64,000 nucleotides of DNA from Thermoanaerobaculia bacterium (GCA_963816185.1 CAWFJJ010000024.1:128001-192000); one strand, 5' to 3'; shown: positions 29,000 through 40,960, counted from the first letter of the stretch. The notes: generated by a model not told the origin, from the letters alone. Program-made: numbers and translations.

Positions 29000-29940
29000 A
29001 TGATTCACGACAGCATCTCGGCACCATCGGAAACACCCCGTAGTCCGCATCAACCGGCTCGCGCCCGAGGGCACGACGATTACGTCAAGTGCGAGGCCTT
29101 CAACCCGATGAGCTCGGTGAAGGACCGGCTGGCGATCGCGATGATCGAGGACGCCGAGCGGCGCGGCGTATTGAAACCGGGCCAGACCGTCGTCGAGCCG
29201 ACGTCGGGAAACACCGGTATCGCGCTCGCGATGGTCTGCGCGGTCAAGGGGTACCCGTTCGTCGCCATCATGGCCGAGTCGTTCTCGGTGGAGCGCCGGA
29301 AGCTGATGAAGGGGCTCGGAGCGAAGGTGATCCTCGATCCCGGCGCCGAGCGCGGCTCCGGAATGGTGGAGATGGCGAACGAGCTCGCCGCGAAGCACGG
29401 CTGGTTCCTGCCGCAGCAATTCGAGAACCCTTCGAACCCGGAGTACCACCGCAGACGACCGGCCCGGAGATCCTCCGCGACTTCGCGGGCCGCCGGCTCG
29501 ACTACTTCGTCTCGGGCATCGGAACGGGTGGGACGCTGACAGGCGCCGGCGAGATGCTCAAGCTGGCGCGGCCCAACATCCGGATCGTCTTCACCGAGCC
29601 GGCCGCCGCGCCGATGGTGACGCAGGGCGCATGGGCGCCGCACAAGATCCAGGGCTGGACGACGGACTTCATTCCGGCGGTCTTCAACCGGAAGATCTAC
29701 GACGAGGTCGTCCTCGTGACCGACGTCGAGGCGCGCGACGCCGCGCGCGAACTCGCACAGAAGGAGGGGATCTTCTGCGGGATCTCGTCCGGAGGGACGT
29801 TCGAGGCGGCGCGGAAAGTTGCCGAGAAGGCCCCGAAGGGCTCGGTCCTCCTCGCGATGCTGCCCGACACGGGCGAGCGCTACCTCTCGACGATCCTCTT
29901 CGAGGGGATCAGCGAAGGAAGTGACGAGATTCCGGCCTGA
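29000..29940 (+). CDS. cysK: Cysteine synthase A (frameshifted)
   Basis: [52 protein letters not shown]. Confidence 0.9.
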
Positions 29941-30610
29941 GCGCTCTCCCTCCGTCCCCAGGATCTCGTCGCGATCTTCCGCCGGCGGTTCGCGGAGGAT
30001 CCGCGTGCCGCGTTTCGCGACTGGTACGTGCTGCAGGAGCCCTGCGGGACGAGCGTGAGAGGCGGGAAGAGTTGGAGGAGACGGCCCGTGCGCTCGCGAG
30101 CGACCCGTGGAACAGGCGGGAACGCTGATTATTTGTTCGAAAGGGAAGAGGCGGGGTTCCTGCGCAACCTCGCGGTGCTCTTCGGCTCGCGCGGTCCTGC
30201 CGAAAGTCTCGGCCTCTCGCTCTCCTTCTGTTGGAAGAATCTCTCGACGCCGCTGGCCCCGGCAATGAGCTGCGAGGCGCTGGGCGAGAACCTGGCATAA
30301 CCGGGACAGCGCGCTCCAGAAGTCGCGCGCTCGGCGGACGATCTCGGGGAGGCTCTCGCCTCCTACGAGCGCGCCTGACGGTGCGCGACGCCTCGCGCCG
30401 CGTCGCGCGGGAGGTGACGCTTCACGCCAAGGAATTGTTCTTCGAAAGCTGGCCAGGCGGAGCCCCGCCGGCGGGCCGAACACCTCGGGCCGCCATTGCC
30501 TCCTTCGAAGAATCTCTCTCTTCGGTCTGAGAAGAACTTCACGCGCGGGATGGCGGCGACCGCCGCCGCTCTCGCCGAGGCGCGCCGGGCGCTTTCGTCG
30601 GGCTGCTAGG
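29921..30610 (+). CDS. Hypothetical helical/TPR-like protein (several indels; approximate ends)
   Basis: Coding-like fragments ([31 protein letters not shown]) between cysK and the response regulator. Confidence 0.35.
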
Positions 30611-30619
30611 ATCGCCGGG

Positions 30620-32060
30620 ATGGCGCGACGCATCCTCGTCTGCGACGACGAAGCCGACATCCGCGAATCGCTCCGGACGTGCTGGCGAGGAGGGATACGA
30701 CGTGACGGCGGTCGCCTCGGGGGCGAGCGAGGTTACCGAGGCGCCCGACCACGACGCCGTCCTGCTCGACATCAAGATGCCCGGCCAGGACGGTCTCGAG
30801 ACGCTCGCGGAGCTGCGCGCGCGCGGGATCGCGACGCCCGTGATCGTGGTCTCCGGCCACGGCGACGTGAGGACGGCGATGGACGCGGTGCGGGCCGGGG
30901 CCGAGGACTTCCTCGAGAAGCCCCTCTCGTCCGAGCACGTCCTGAACGCGCTCCGGCGGGTCCTCGACTCGACGCGCCTCGCGCGCGAGAACCTCGAGCT
31001 GAAGTCGCGCCTCGGCCTCACGCGCCTCGTCGGGAACGGAGGGCGATGCGCCGGCTGCTGGCCGACGTCGCGAAAGCCGCGCCGACGCCCGCGACCGTCC
31101 TCATCGTCGGGCCGAGCGGTACGGGCAAGGAGCTGGTCGCGCGCGCGATCCACGAGGGCTCGCTGGTGAAGGCCGGCCCGTTCGTCCAGGTGAACTGCGC
31201 GGCCATCCCGGACAGCCTCATCGAGTCCGAGCTCTTCGGCCACAAGCGCGGCTCGTTCACGGGCGCCGACCGAAAGCAGACGGGGAAGTTCGTCGAGGCC
31301 GACGCGGGACGATCTTCCTCGACGAGTGGGGGACATGTCCGCCTCGGCGCAGGCGAAGGTGCTGCGCGTCCTCCAGGAGGGCGAGGTCGAGCCGGTCGGG
31401 TAGCCCGCGGGTCGTGAAGGTGAAGGTGCGGTCGTGGCCGCACGAACCGCGACCTCACGGTCCTGATCGCGCAGGGGAAGTTCCGCGAGGACCTCTTTAC
31501 CGGCTCAACGTCCTCGCCGCTCAGGACGCCACGCTCGCCGACCGCCCCGAGGACATCCCCGACCTCGTCCTCTACTTCGCCGAGCTGTTCGCGCGGACGA
31601 ACAACTACAGGCCGAAACGGTTCACCGACGCCGCGCTCGAGGCGCTCGCGGCGCGGCCCTGGCCTGGGAACGTCGCGAGCTGAAGAACCACGTCGAGCGG
31701 CTGATGATCATGACCGAGGGGACGTGGTCGACGCCGCGGACGTCGACCCCGGCGCGGCCCCGCGGCGAGGCCGGCGCCGCCCCCGCCCGCGGTCGTCGTG
31801 CGCGGGGGCCGCGTGGTCGCCGCGGGCCGCGTGCCGCCGCCGGCGCCGGAGCGGGGAAAGGATCCTCGCGGTCCCGACGCTCCAGGCCTTCCAGGACGAG
31901 GCGGAAAAGCTCTTCCTCGTCGCGGGCTCGACAAGAATGGCGGGAACGTGACGCGCACGGCGGAGGCCATCGACACGCCGCGCTCGAACCTCTACAAGAA
32001 GATCGACCGGTACGGCCTGCGCCGGGACAACGAAACCCCGGAGGGCAGGAGTCGCCATGA
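30620..32060 (+). CDS. Sigma-54-dependent response regulator (NtrC/NtrX family), frameshifted
   Basis: [48 protein letters not shown], Fis [19 protein letters not shown]. Confidence 0.88.
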
Positions 32061-32650
32061 ACCGAGGACGACGTCCGCCGCCATTTCGAGGATTCGGGAG
32101 CGCTCCTCTCGGGGGCATTTCAAGCTCTCCTCGGGCCTCCACTCGGAGGCTATCTCCAGTGCGCGAAGGTGCTCCAGTGGCCCGAACGCGCGGGGCGCTC
32201 GGCGCCGCCCTGGCCGCTCTGCTCGCCCCTTTTCGCCCGACCGCCGTCGTCTCGCCCGCGATGGGGGGCCTCCTCATCGGCCACGAGGACGGGCCGCAGC
32301 CTCTCCGGTCCGGGCGATTTTCGCCGAGCGCGTCGACGGGACCATTCACGCTTCCGGCGGGGGTTCGCCCTCGAACCGGGCGAGCGCGTCGCCGTCGTCG
32401 AGGACGTCGTGACGACGGGGAAGTCTACGCGCGAGGACCTCGCTGTCCGCGCCGCCTTCGCGGTCCCGGTCGCGTGCGGAGCATCGTCGACGGGCTCGGC
32501 GGCCGAGAAGGCGCCCGCCCTCGACGCGCTCCCGTATCGTGCCTCCTCGCGCTCGACGTCCCCGCCTGGGACCCGCCGCTTGCCCCCTCTGCGCCTCGCG
32601 GGGAGCCCGTCGCCGCCCCCGGCTCGCGCCACCTGGCGGCGAAGACGTGA
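32057..32650 (+). CDS. pyrE: Orotate phosphoribosyltransferase (frameshifted)
   Basis: GHFKLSSGLHS, SPAMGG, RRGF.LEPGERVAVVEDVVTTGKS, PGSR. Confidence 0.85.
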   Translation: MNRGRRPPPFRGFGSAPLGGISSSPRASTRRLSPVREGAPVARTRGALGAALAALLAPFRPTAVVSPAMGGLLIGHEDGPQPLRSGRFSPSASTGPFTLPAGVRPRTGRARRRRRGRRDDGEVYARGPRCPRRLRGPGRVRSIVDGLGGREGARPRRAPVSCLLALDVPAWDPPLAPSAPRGEPVAAPGSRHLAAKT

Positions 32651-34086
32651 ACCGTCCGATCGGCGGCGCCGCCCACGGCGGTTTTCGCGGTCGTCGCCGC
32701 GGCTCTTGCGCTCAAACTCGTCGTGCTTGCCGGCGTCGTCCGGACGAGGCCGCAGGCGGTCGTGTACATCGATACCGGCACGTACCTGCGTCCGGCCCTT
32801 GCCCTGCTGCGCCACGGGTCGTTCTCGCCGGGCCCGGAGGCCGTCCCGGAGCCCGAGATCAACCGGACGCCGGGATATCCGCTCCTCGTCGCGGCCGCAT
32901 GGCGCCTTCTCGGCGAGCGGCCGTGGTGTGGGGCCCGTCTTCGGAGCACTGCTGTCGGCCGGAACCGCGCTTGTGGCGGCGCGCCTCGCGACGAGGCTCT
33001 TCGGCGGGCGGGCCGGCGTCGCCGCCGCGGTCCTCGTGTCGTGCGAGCCGGGGACCTTCCTGCGGTCGCTCGACGCCCTGTCGGACACGCCCTTCACCTT
33101 CGCCCTCATGCTCTCCACCTCCGCCCTCGCGGGGTACGCCGGCGGCGACGGGAGGAGCCCGGCTCGCGCCGGGTTCTGGCTCGCGCTCGCGACGCTCGTA
33201 CGCCCCCTCTCGTACTACCTCCTCCCGCTCGACGCCCTCTTCGTTCTCGTCGTCGCGCGCCGCCGGGGGCGCTCGGTTCGTGCGGCATGCGGGGCCGCGG
33301 CCGTCTTTCTCTTGCCGGCCATTATCTTGGTCGGGGGGTGGGAGGCGCGGAACCTCGCACGCGCCAACGCGTTCACGCTCTCCCCGATCGGGGGCAGTGG
33401 AGCTTCTCTTCTACCGGGCCGCGCCGGTTCTCGCGCGGGCGGAGGGAGCGTCCGTCTCCGAGATGCAGGAAAGGCTCGGGAACCGGGAGCGGTGGTACCG
33501 CTCGGGCGGCGGGACGGAGCGCGAGATCTTCGTGATGCGCGTTACGGGGATCTCTTCCCTCGTCACGAGTCGCCTCTCACTGGTCGAGTTGAATGCGCGC
33601 TGGCGCCGGCAGGCGATCGCGATCTTCGCCTCGCATCCCGTCCTCACCGCGGCGATGGCGGCGAAAGGGGCGGCCCTCCTCCTGCTCACACCGCCGAGCC
33701 TCATTCTCTCGCAGCAATACGGGCTCTTCGTCCCCGACGCCCACGCTCGTCGCCCTCTACGAAGATCGGCGCGTCGGGCCCTTCGCCCTTCTGCTCGTCC
33801 ATGCGGGCCCCCGTTTTTTGCGATTTCCGCGGGGCTCGTGGTGCTCCTCGCGGCGCTCTGGGGCGCGGCCTGCGGGGGGCTGTGGTCGCTGCGCCGCGAG
33901 GTGCCCGCGCTCGTCCACGTCGCGCTCCTCGGGACGTTTCTCTACGTCCTCGTGGTCAGCGCGGGCTTCGAGGCCTCGGACGACCGCTACCGGCTCCCGC
34001 TCGTGCCGATTGCGTGCGTCTATGCGGCGCGCCGGCTCGCCGGACGGTCCGCCGCCGGGACGGACGGGATAATCGGTGCCGCGTGA
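32647..34086 (+). CDS. Membrane glycosyltransferase (GT-C/ArnT/PMT-like), frameshifted
   Basis: DTGTY, RTPGYP, LSDTPF, LATLVRP, RYRLP; many TM segments. Confidence 0.7.
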   Translation: MNRPIGGAAHGGFRGRRRGSCAQTRRACRRRPDEAAGGRVHRYRHVPASGPCPAAPRVVLAGPGGRPGARDQPDAGISAPRRGRMAPSRRAAVVWGPSSEHCCRPEPRLWRRASRRGSSAGGPASPPRSSCRASRGPSCGRSTPCRTRPSPSPSCSPPPPSRGTPAATGGARLAPGSGSRSRRSYAPSRTTSSRSTPSSFSSSRAAGGARFVRHAGPRPSFSCRPLSWSGGGRRGTSHAPTRSRSPRSGAVELLFYRAAPVLARAEGASVSEMQERLGNRERWYRSGGGTEREIFVMRVTGISSLVTSRLSLVELNARWRRQAIAIFASHPVLTAAMAAKGAALLLLTPPSLILSQQYGLFVPDAHARRPLRRSARRALRPSARPCGPPFFAISAGLVVLLAALWGAACGGLWSLRREVPALVHVALLGTFLYVLVVSAGFEASDDRYRLPLVPIACVYAARRLAGRSAAGTDGIIGAA

Positions 34087-35221
34087 AGCTGATTCGCGGT
34101 CTCGTCGCGAACCTGGTCCTGCCCTCTCGCCATCGCCGGGAGCGCTGTTTCTGCTCCTCGAAGGCGGTTGCCGCGCGGCGCTTCGCTCTGAAGACGGGGG
34201 GAGTGGCCCGAGACGCAGGTCTCCGGCCTACACGAGGTTCGTCGAGAAGATCGGAAAGGCGTACCGGCCGCACCCGCTGCTCATCGTGGCGGGCCGGCCG
34301 AACGCCGTCCTCGAGGCGGCGGGCCACGTCGTGCACTTCAACGCACGCGGCCAGCGCGTCACGAACGTGCGCGACGTGGGTCCCGAAGCCCGAAGGCACG
34401 TACCGCATCGTGTGCGAGGGCGGCTCGACGACGTTCGATCTGCTCGCGCCGGACGACGCGCGACCTGGCCCGCGCGGCTCGGAACGTCCTCGGTCCCCGC
34501 GCCGACGTCGTGAACGCGGGCTTTCCCGGCTGGACGAGCCTTGAGAGCCTCGTGTCGCTGGAGAACGCGCGATCTCGACCTGACACCCGACCTCGTCGTC
34601 GTGTTCTCGGGCGTCAACGACTTCAACCCGCAGGACACGTGCCGTTCGCGCCCGATTACAGCGTGGGCACGCGGAGATCCTCCCTCGCGTGACGGGCGTC
34701 GTGCCCGTGAAGTGCGCTCTCGTCTCCCGCCTCGTCTTCGTGGAATGGCTCCGCGGGCGGCTGAAGCCGCTGGATCGGGAGGAGACCCGGAGGGATACAC
34801 GCCCTCGTACGAATGGAAGGGTGGGCCGAAGCGCGACGACATCCCGGCCGAGGCCGTCGCGGTCTACGAGCGCAACCTGCGCTCCACGATCGCGGTCGCG
34901 TCCTCTCACGGGGCCCGCACGCTCTCGTGGCCCAGGCCGCCCGCGTGCGCGCGGGGCACGAGAAGGCGGATCTCGAATGGCTGGAAGGGTGGACCCCCGG
35001 GCTCACGGCGAAGGGTTATCTCGCGGGGCTCGCGCGCTACAACGCGGTCGCGAGGAAACTCGGGGACGAAGGGCTCGCCCTCTTTCGATCCGTTCGGCGC
35101 AGGGAACTTCACCGACGCGCATTTCTATGATCCGTGTATTTTCGCCCGCAGGCTCCGAGCTCTTCGCGAAGACGCTGGCGGCATACGTGGATGCGCCCGG
35201 GGTCCCCGCGGCAGGCGGTGA
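34083..35221 (+). CDS. SGNH/GDSL hydrolase family protein (frameshifted; approximate end)
   Basis: YRIVCEGGSTTF, VNAGFPGWTS, PDLVVVFSGVND, FYD. Confidence 0.7.
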
Positions 35222-35265
35222 GGCGCCCCACCATCCCGTAGAATCGAGCGCCTGGAGAAACCCGC

Positions 35266-37124
35266 ATGAGCCCGCCCGTCCCACGCCCCTCCTGACAAGG
35301 TGAACCGGCCGCGCGACTTGCGCCTGCTGGCACCCGACCAGCTTCCGCAGCTCGCGGACGAGCTCCGGACTTCGTCATCGACACGGTCGCGAAGACCGGC
35401 GGACACTTCGCTTCGGGCCTCGGCGCGGTCGAGCTGACGGTGGCCCTGCACTACGTGTTCGACACCCCGCGCGACCTCCTCGTCTGGGACGTGGGCCACC
35501 AGGCGTACCCGCACAAGGTGCTGACGGGCCGGCGCCACCGCTCTGCGACGATCCGCCAGAACGGCGGGCTCTCCGGCTTCACGAACCGCGCGGAATCCGA
35601 GTACGACGTCTTCGGCGCCGCCCACGCGTCGACCTCGATCTCGGCGGCGCTCGGCATGGCGACCGCCGCGACCCAGGGGACGATACCAGGTGGTCGCGAT
35701 CATCGGCGACGGCGGCCTGACGGGCGGCGTCGCGATGGAGGGGCTGAACCAGGCCGGCTACCTCAAGACCGGAGCTCATCGTCATCCTGAACGACAACGA
35801 GATGTCGATCTCGCCCAACGTCGGGGCCATCTCCGGGTACCTCCTGCGGATCGCCCGCGGCCAGATCTACAACCGCGTGCGCGGCGACGTCGGCCACATC
35901 CTGAAGAAGCTCCCGGCGGGCCAGCAAGCTCGCGGCTGGCCCAGCACGCTCGAGGACGGCCTCAAGAAGGCGCTCGTGCCCGGGAACGCTCTTCGAGGAG
36001 CTGGGGTTCAACTACGTCGGCCCGATCGACGGCCACGACTCCCCGGCCTCGCGGCACGCTCAGCAAGGCGAAGGACATGCGAAGGGCCGGTCCTGCTGCA
36101 CGTCCTGCACCACGAAGGGCAAGGGCTACAGCTCGCCGAGCACGACCCCGTCTTCTGGCACGGGCCATCGCCGTTCAAGGTCAGACGGGCGAGGTCTCGA
36201 AGAAGGCCGCGCCGCCGACCTACACGGCCATCTTCGCCGAACGCTGGTCGAGCTGGCCGAGAACGACCCGCGGATCGTCGGCGATCACGGCCGCGATGCC
36301 CGATGGCACGGGCCGACCGGTTCGCGAAGACAATTCCCGGACCGGACCTTCGACGTCGGGGATCTCCGAGGAGCACGCCGTCCTCTTCGCCGCGGGCCTG
36401 GCGACGCGGGCTCAGGCCGGTCTGCGCGATCTACTCGACGTTCCTGCAGCGCGCCTACGATCAGATCGTCCACGACGTCTGCCTGCAGGACCTGCCGGTC
36501 GTCTTCGCCCTCGACCGGGCGGGGCTGGTCGGCGAGGACGGCCCCACGCACCACGGGGTCTTCGACCTCTCCTACCTGCGCGTCTTCCCGAACATCTGGT
36601 CGCCGCGCCGAAGGACGAGAACGAGCTGCGCCACCTCCTCGCGACCGCGCTCGCCACCGGTCACCCCACGGCCATCCGATATCCGCGCGGGGCGGGCAGC
36701 GGAGTGCCGCGCTCGACCCGAGCTCGAAACTGCTCCCGGTCGGAAAGGGCGAGGTGCTTCGCGTCGGGCAGGGACGGCGTGGTTTTCGCCGTCGGCGACC
36801 CGTCTTCCCCGCCTGAAGGCCGCGGAGGGCTCGCCGCCGAGGGGGCGGCGTCGCTCACCGTCGTCAACGCCCGATGGGTGAAGCCGCTCGACCGTGAGCT
36901 CCTCGCGAGTTCGTCAAGTCGGGAACGAGGGTCGTCACGGTCGAGGAGAACGAGTCGCGGGCGGCTTCGGCTCCGCCGTGTCCGAGGCGCTCGACGAGAT
37001 GGGCATCGGCGCGGATGTCCAGCAGGTCGGGATCCCCGACCGGTTCGTCCCGCACGCCACACAGGCGGAGCAGCGGCAGGAGCTCGGCCTCGACGAGGAC
37101 GGTCTCCTCGGCTCGTTCCGCTGA
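35266..37124 (+). CDS. dxs: 1-deoxy-D-xylulose-5-phosphate synthase (many indels)
   Basis: [60 protein letters not shown]. Confidence 0.92.
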
Positions 37125-37184
37125 GGCGACGCCGGCCGTCGTCGGCCGATCCGTCGGGCCGCGGCTCGCGGCAGCCCGCCCCCG

Positions 37185-38298
37185 ATGCGCGCCCTCGTCT
37201 CCGAGGGGGCCGGAGCGCTCGCGCTCCGCGAAGTCGCGACCCCTCGGCCGGGGCCGGGTGAGGTCCTCGTGCGCGTCGGCGTCGCGCTCACGTGCGCGAC
37301 CGACTTCAAGTCGCCGCGCGGCCATCCGAAATTTCCGTTTCCGCTCGCGCTCGGGCACGAGTTCGCGGGGGTCGTCGAGGCGGCGGGCTCCGGAGCGCCC
37401 TTTTCGCCCCCGGGGAGCATGTGACCTCGGCGGTATCCGGCCCCTGCGGGCGTTGCGACGACTGCCATCGGGGGCGGGAGAACCTCTGCGCCACCGCGTT
37501 CGAGAGGCCGCTCTTCGGCGCCTTCGCGGACTTTCTCCTCGTCCCGGAGCGCATCGTGAGGAACGGCCTCAGAAGAATCCCGCAGGGCCTCTCCGATGAG
37601 GCGGCCGCGCTCCTGGATCCGCTCGCGAGCGTGGTGCACGCACTGAATCGGGTGAAGGCGCAGGACGGCGAGGACGTTCTCATCGTGGGCACCGGCCCGA
37701 TCGCCGCCATGATGTTTCTTCTCTTGCGGGGGAAGGAGCGAGAAAGAAGAGAGAGGGAGCCGGAAGCGGAGAAGCACGTCGGATCGTCGTGGCGGGAAGG
37801 AGAGAGGAGAGGCTCGTTTTCTTCGAAAGGATGAACGCTGAGGTTGCGCACATCGCGGGCTCGCCGCGTGACCCGCAGGCCGAAGCTCGGCTACCCCTAC
37901 TCACCTTCGAAGAAATCCACCCTTACCCGAGCGCATCGAACGCAAGCGCGGAGAGGGAGAAAAATTCTCTCTGATCATCGACACGACGGGAGACTCCGGT
38001 GTGATCTCGGAGCTGCCGGCGCTCGCCGCGAATGGGGGCACGGTGCTGCTCTTCGCGGGGATGCACGAGGGCGCGCGCGTGAGCGTGGACGCCTACGCGC
38101 TGCACTATCGCGAGGTGTCGATGGCGGGCTCGTTCCACTACACGCCGGGCGACGTGGATGCGGCCTTCGCGCTTCTCGCCGGCGGCGCGATCCCCGTCGA
38201 GCTCTCTCGTCGAGGAGAGGCGGAGGCTCGCCCAATGGCGCGAAGCGTTCGACCTCGTCGAGAGAGGAGCCGCGATGAAGGTGGCTCTCGTCCCGTGA
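37185..38298 (+). CDS. Zn-dependent alcohol dehydrogenase (frameshifted, with low-complexity insertion)
   Basis: CATD, GHEFAG, CGRCDDC..ENLC, GTGPI, GSFHYTP. Confidence 0.8.
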
Positions 38299-39311
38299 AG
38301 GCCGTCCTCGTCCGCTCGCTCGACGACGTGGCCGTGGTGGAGATGGAGAGGCCGGTCCCAGGCCCCGGCGAAATCGTCGTCGCGATGAAGGCCGTGGGGA
38401 TCTGTGGCAGCGATACGACGCCGTGGTACGTTGCCTCGAAGGCGCCGGTCGTTCTCGGTCACGAGCCGGCGGGAGTCGTCGCCGAGGCCGGAGCTCTCGT
38501 CACTGCGCTCCGGACGGGCGACCGCGTCGTCGTGCACCACCACGCGGCCTGCGGCACCTGCCGCTTCTGCCGCGCCGGGGAGGACGTGATGTGTCCCGAG
38601 TGGAAGAAGGCGCGCCTCCATCCCGGCGGGCTCGCCGAGTACGTCCGCGTCGAGGCGGCCGCCGTCGCCACGGACACCCTGCGGCTTCCGGACTCCCTTT
38701 CCTTCGAAGACGGCGCGCTCGTCGAGCCGCTCGCGTGCGCCGTGAAGGCCGTCCGCCGGGCGCGGGTTAGGGCCGGGGATTCCGTCGCGGTGATCGGACT
38801 GGGGGCCAACGGCATCCTACTTGGCCTCGTCGCGAGGAACGCGGGCGCCGCGACGCTCGTCGGCTGCGATCCCGATCCCGCGCGGAGAGCGCACGCGCGT
38901 CGACTGGGCTTCGATGAGGCGGGAGAGCCCGGAAGAGATTTCTCTGAGAAGGTGAAGAGAGCCTCGGCGATCGGGGCCGACGTGGTCTTCGTACTGCCGA
39001 CCGCCGAAGCGGCCGTGCTTTCTTCTCTCGATGCGGCGGGCTCCGCCGGCCGCGTCGTCTTCTATTCGCCGGTCGAGCCCTCGAAGACGTGGCGGCTCTC
39101 CCCTCATTCGTTGTATCTCCGGGATCTCGCTCTTCTCTTCAGCTACTCCTCCGGCGCGCGGGACCTCCGGGAGGCGGTGGCGCTGCTCGAGTGCGGCGCG
39201 GTCCGTGCCCAGGACCTCGTGACGAACCGCGTCCCGCTCGTGCGGGCCGCCGAGGCCTTCGCGATGGCGCGGCAGGGGGGCGACGTCCTCAAGGTCGTCG
39301 TGACCTTCTGA
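38295..39311 (+). CDS. Zn-dependent alcohol dehydrogenase
   Basis: GICGSD, GHEPAG, CGTCRFC..C, EPLAC, GLGANG. Confidence 0.88.
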   Translation: MKAVLVRSLDDVAVVEMERPVPGPGEIVVAMKAVGICGSDTTPWYVASKAPVVLGHEPAGVVAEAGALVTALRTGDRVVVHHHAACGTCRFCRAGEDVMCPEWKKARLHPGGLAEYVRVEAAAVATDTLRLPDSLSFEDGALVEPLACAVKAVRRARVRAGDSVAVIGLGANGILLGLVARNAGAATLVGCDPDPARRAHARRLGFDEAGEPGRDFSEKVKRASAIGADVVFVLPTAEAAVLSSLDAAGSAGRVVFYSPVEPSKTWRLSPHSLYLRDLALLFSYSSGARDLREAVALLECGAVRAQDLVTNRVPLVRAAEAFAMARQGGDVLKVVVTF

Positions 39312-40057
39312 AGAAGCGTCTCGACGTCGTCCTCGTGGAGCGCGCTCTCGCGGAATCGCGGACGCGGGCCGGGGCGCTCATCCTCGCGGGCCGGGTTTCG
39401 GTCGCCGGCCACGAGCGGGTGAAGCCGGGCACGCTCGTGGCGGAGGATGCCGAGATCGCGGTCGGAGAGCCGGAGCATCCCTGGGTCTCGCGCGGGGGCG
39501 TGAAGCTGGATTACGGCCTGACCCACTTCGGGATCGAGCCGAAGGGGCGGATCTGTCTCGACCTCGGTGCGTCGACGGGAGGCTTCACGGACGTGCTCCT
39601 CGCGCGCGGCGCCGCGCGCGTCTACGCCCTGGACGTGGGTTACGGGCAGCTCCATGGCCGCCTCCGTAGCGACCCGCGTGTCGTCTTGCGCGAGAAAGTG
39701 AACGCGCGGTTCCTGACGCGGGCCGACGTGCCCGAGGCTCCCTCGCTTCTCGTGGCGGACCTGTCGTTCATCTCGCTCACCCTCGTCCTGCCGGCGGCCG
39801 TGCCGCTTCTCGCGGAAGAGGCCGACGTGCTCGTCCTCGTCAAGCCGCAGTTCGAGGCGGCGCGTCGGGAGGTCGGTCGCGGCGGCATCGTGCGCGACGA
39901 GGGCGTGCGCGCGCGGGCTCTCGCGCGCGTGACGGCGGCCGGCGAGCGGCTCTCTCTCACGAGCCGCGGGGCGATCCCTTCGCCGATCACGGGAGCGGAG
40001 GGAAACGTCGAGCTCCTCGCGGCGTTCCGCCGGAATCCCGCTACACTTCCGGGGTGA
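39308..40057 (+). CDS. tlyA: TlyA family rRNA methyltransferase
   Basis: KKRLD, VSRGGVKL, DLGASTGGFTD, DLSFISL, KPQFE, GNVE. Confidence 0.92.
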   Translation: MKKRLDVVLVERALAESRTRAGALILAGRVSVAGHERVKPGTLVAEDAEIAVGEPEHPWVSRGGVKLDYGLTHFGIEPKGRICLDLGASTGGFTDVLLARGAARVYALDVGYGQLHGRLRSDPRVVLREKVNARFLTRADVPEAPSLLVADLSFISLTLVLPAAVPLLAEEADVLVLVKPQFEAARREVGRGGIVRDEGVRARALARVTAAGERLSLTSRGAIPSPITGAEGNVELLAAFRRNPATLPG

Positions 40058-40953
40058 AATCCGGGGTGCGGCCGGGCCGTCGCGTGCGGCGAGTGGGTCT
40101 CGTGACGCGCTACAGCAGCGCGGCGGCGATCGCCCTTTCGCGCAAGCTCGAGCGCCAGCTCCGGCGCCGCGGGATCACGGTGATCCACGATGTCGAGTCG
40201 TCGCGGGCCCGCGGCGTCTCGGGCGGGGCGCCCCGCGCGCAGATCGCGCGTCTCGTGGATCTCGTCGTAACGCTCGGGGGAGACGGAACGCTCCTCTCGG
40301 TGGCGCGCCATCCGGCGCCCGGCGTCGCCGTCCTGGGGATCGACATTGGCACGCTCGGCTTCCTGACGACCTGCAGGCCGGACGAGTCGGCGGAGGTGCT
40401 CGAGAGGGCGCTCGCGGGAACGGCGCACATCGAGAGGCGGCGCCTGCTCTCGGTGCGTGTGACGGAGCGCAGTCGCGCGCCGCGGCGCTACCGCGTCGTG
40501 AACGACGCCGTTCTCGCGAAGTCGGCGCTCGCGCGCATCGCGACGATCCGCGTCGACGTCGATGGCCGCATGGTGTCGCGATATCGCGGAGACGGGCTCA
40601 TCGTGTCGACGCCGACTGGCTCCACCGCGTACAACCTCTCGGCGGGCGGGCCCATTCTCGAGCCGACCCTGCCGGCGCTGGTTCTCACGCCGGTGTGCCC
40701 GCACACGTTGACGCTGCGTCCGCTCGTTCTCCCGGACTCCGTCCGCCTCGACCTGTCGGTGGAGAACGACCCCACGGACGTATTCCTGACGCTCGACGGC
40801 CAGGAAGGATTCCCGGTTGGCTCCTTGACGCGCATCGCGATCGCCCGGTCCTCCGAGACGATCTCTCTCGTGCGGGCCTCGGAGGCGTCCTTCTTCGAGG
40901 TCCTCGCCCGGAAGCTCTCGTTCGGCGGCGAGCGGGAGAACGCGGCTCGGTAA
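40054..40953 (+). CDS. nadK: NAD kinase
   Basis: GGDGT, GTLGFL, VND, GDGLIVSTPTGSTAYNLSAGGP. Confidence 0.93.
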   Translation: MKSGVRPGRRVRRVGLVTRYSSAAAIALSRKLERQLRRRGITVIHDVESSRARGVSGGAPRAQIARLVDLVVTLGGDGTLLSVARHPAPGVAVLGIDIGTLGFLTTCRPDESAEVLERALAGTAHIERRRLLSVRVTERSRAPRRYRVVNDAVLAKSALARIATIRVDVDGRMVSRYRGDGLIVSTPTGSTAYNLSAGGPILEPTLPALVLTPVCPHTLTLRPLVLPDSVRLDLSVENDPTDVFLTLDGQEGFPVGSLTRIAIARSSETISLVRASEASFFEVLARKLSFGGERENAAR

Positions 40954-40960
40954 CGAGGAG

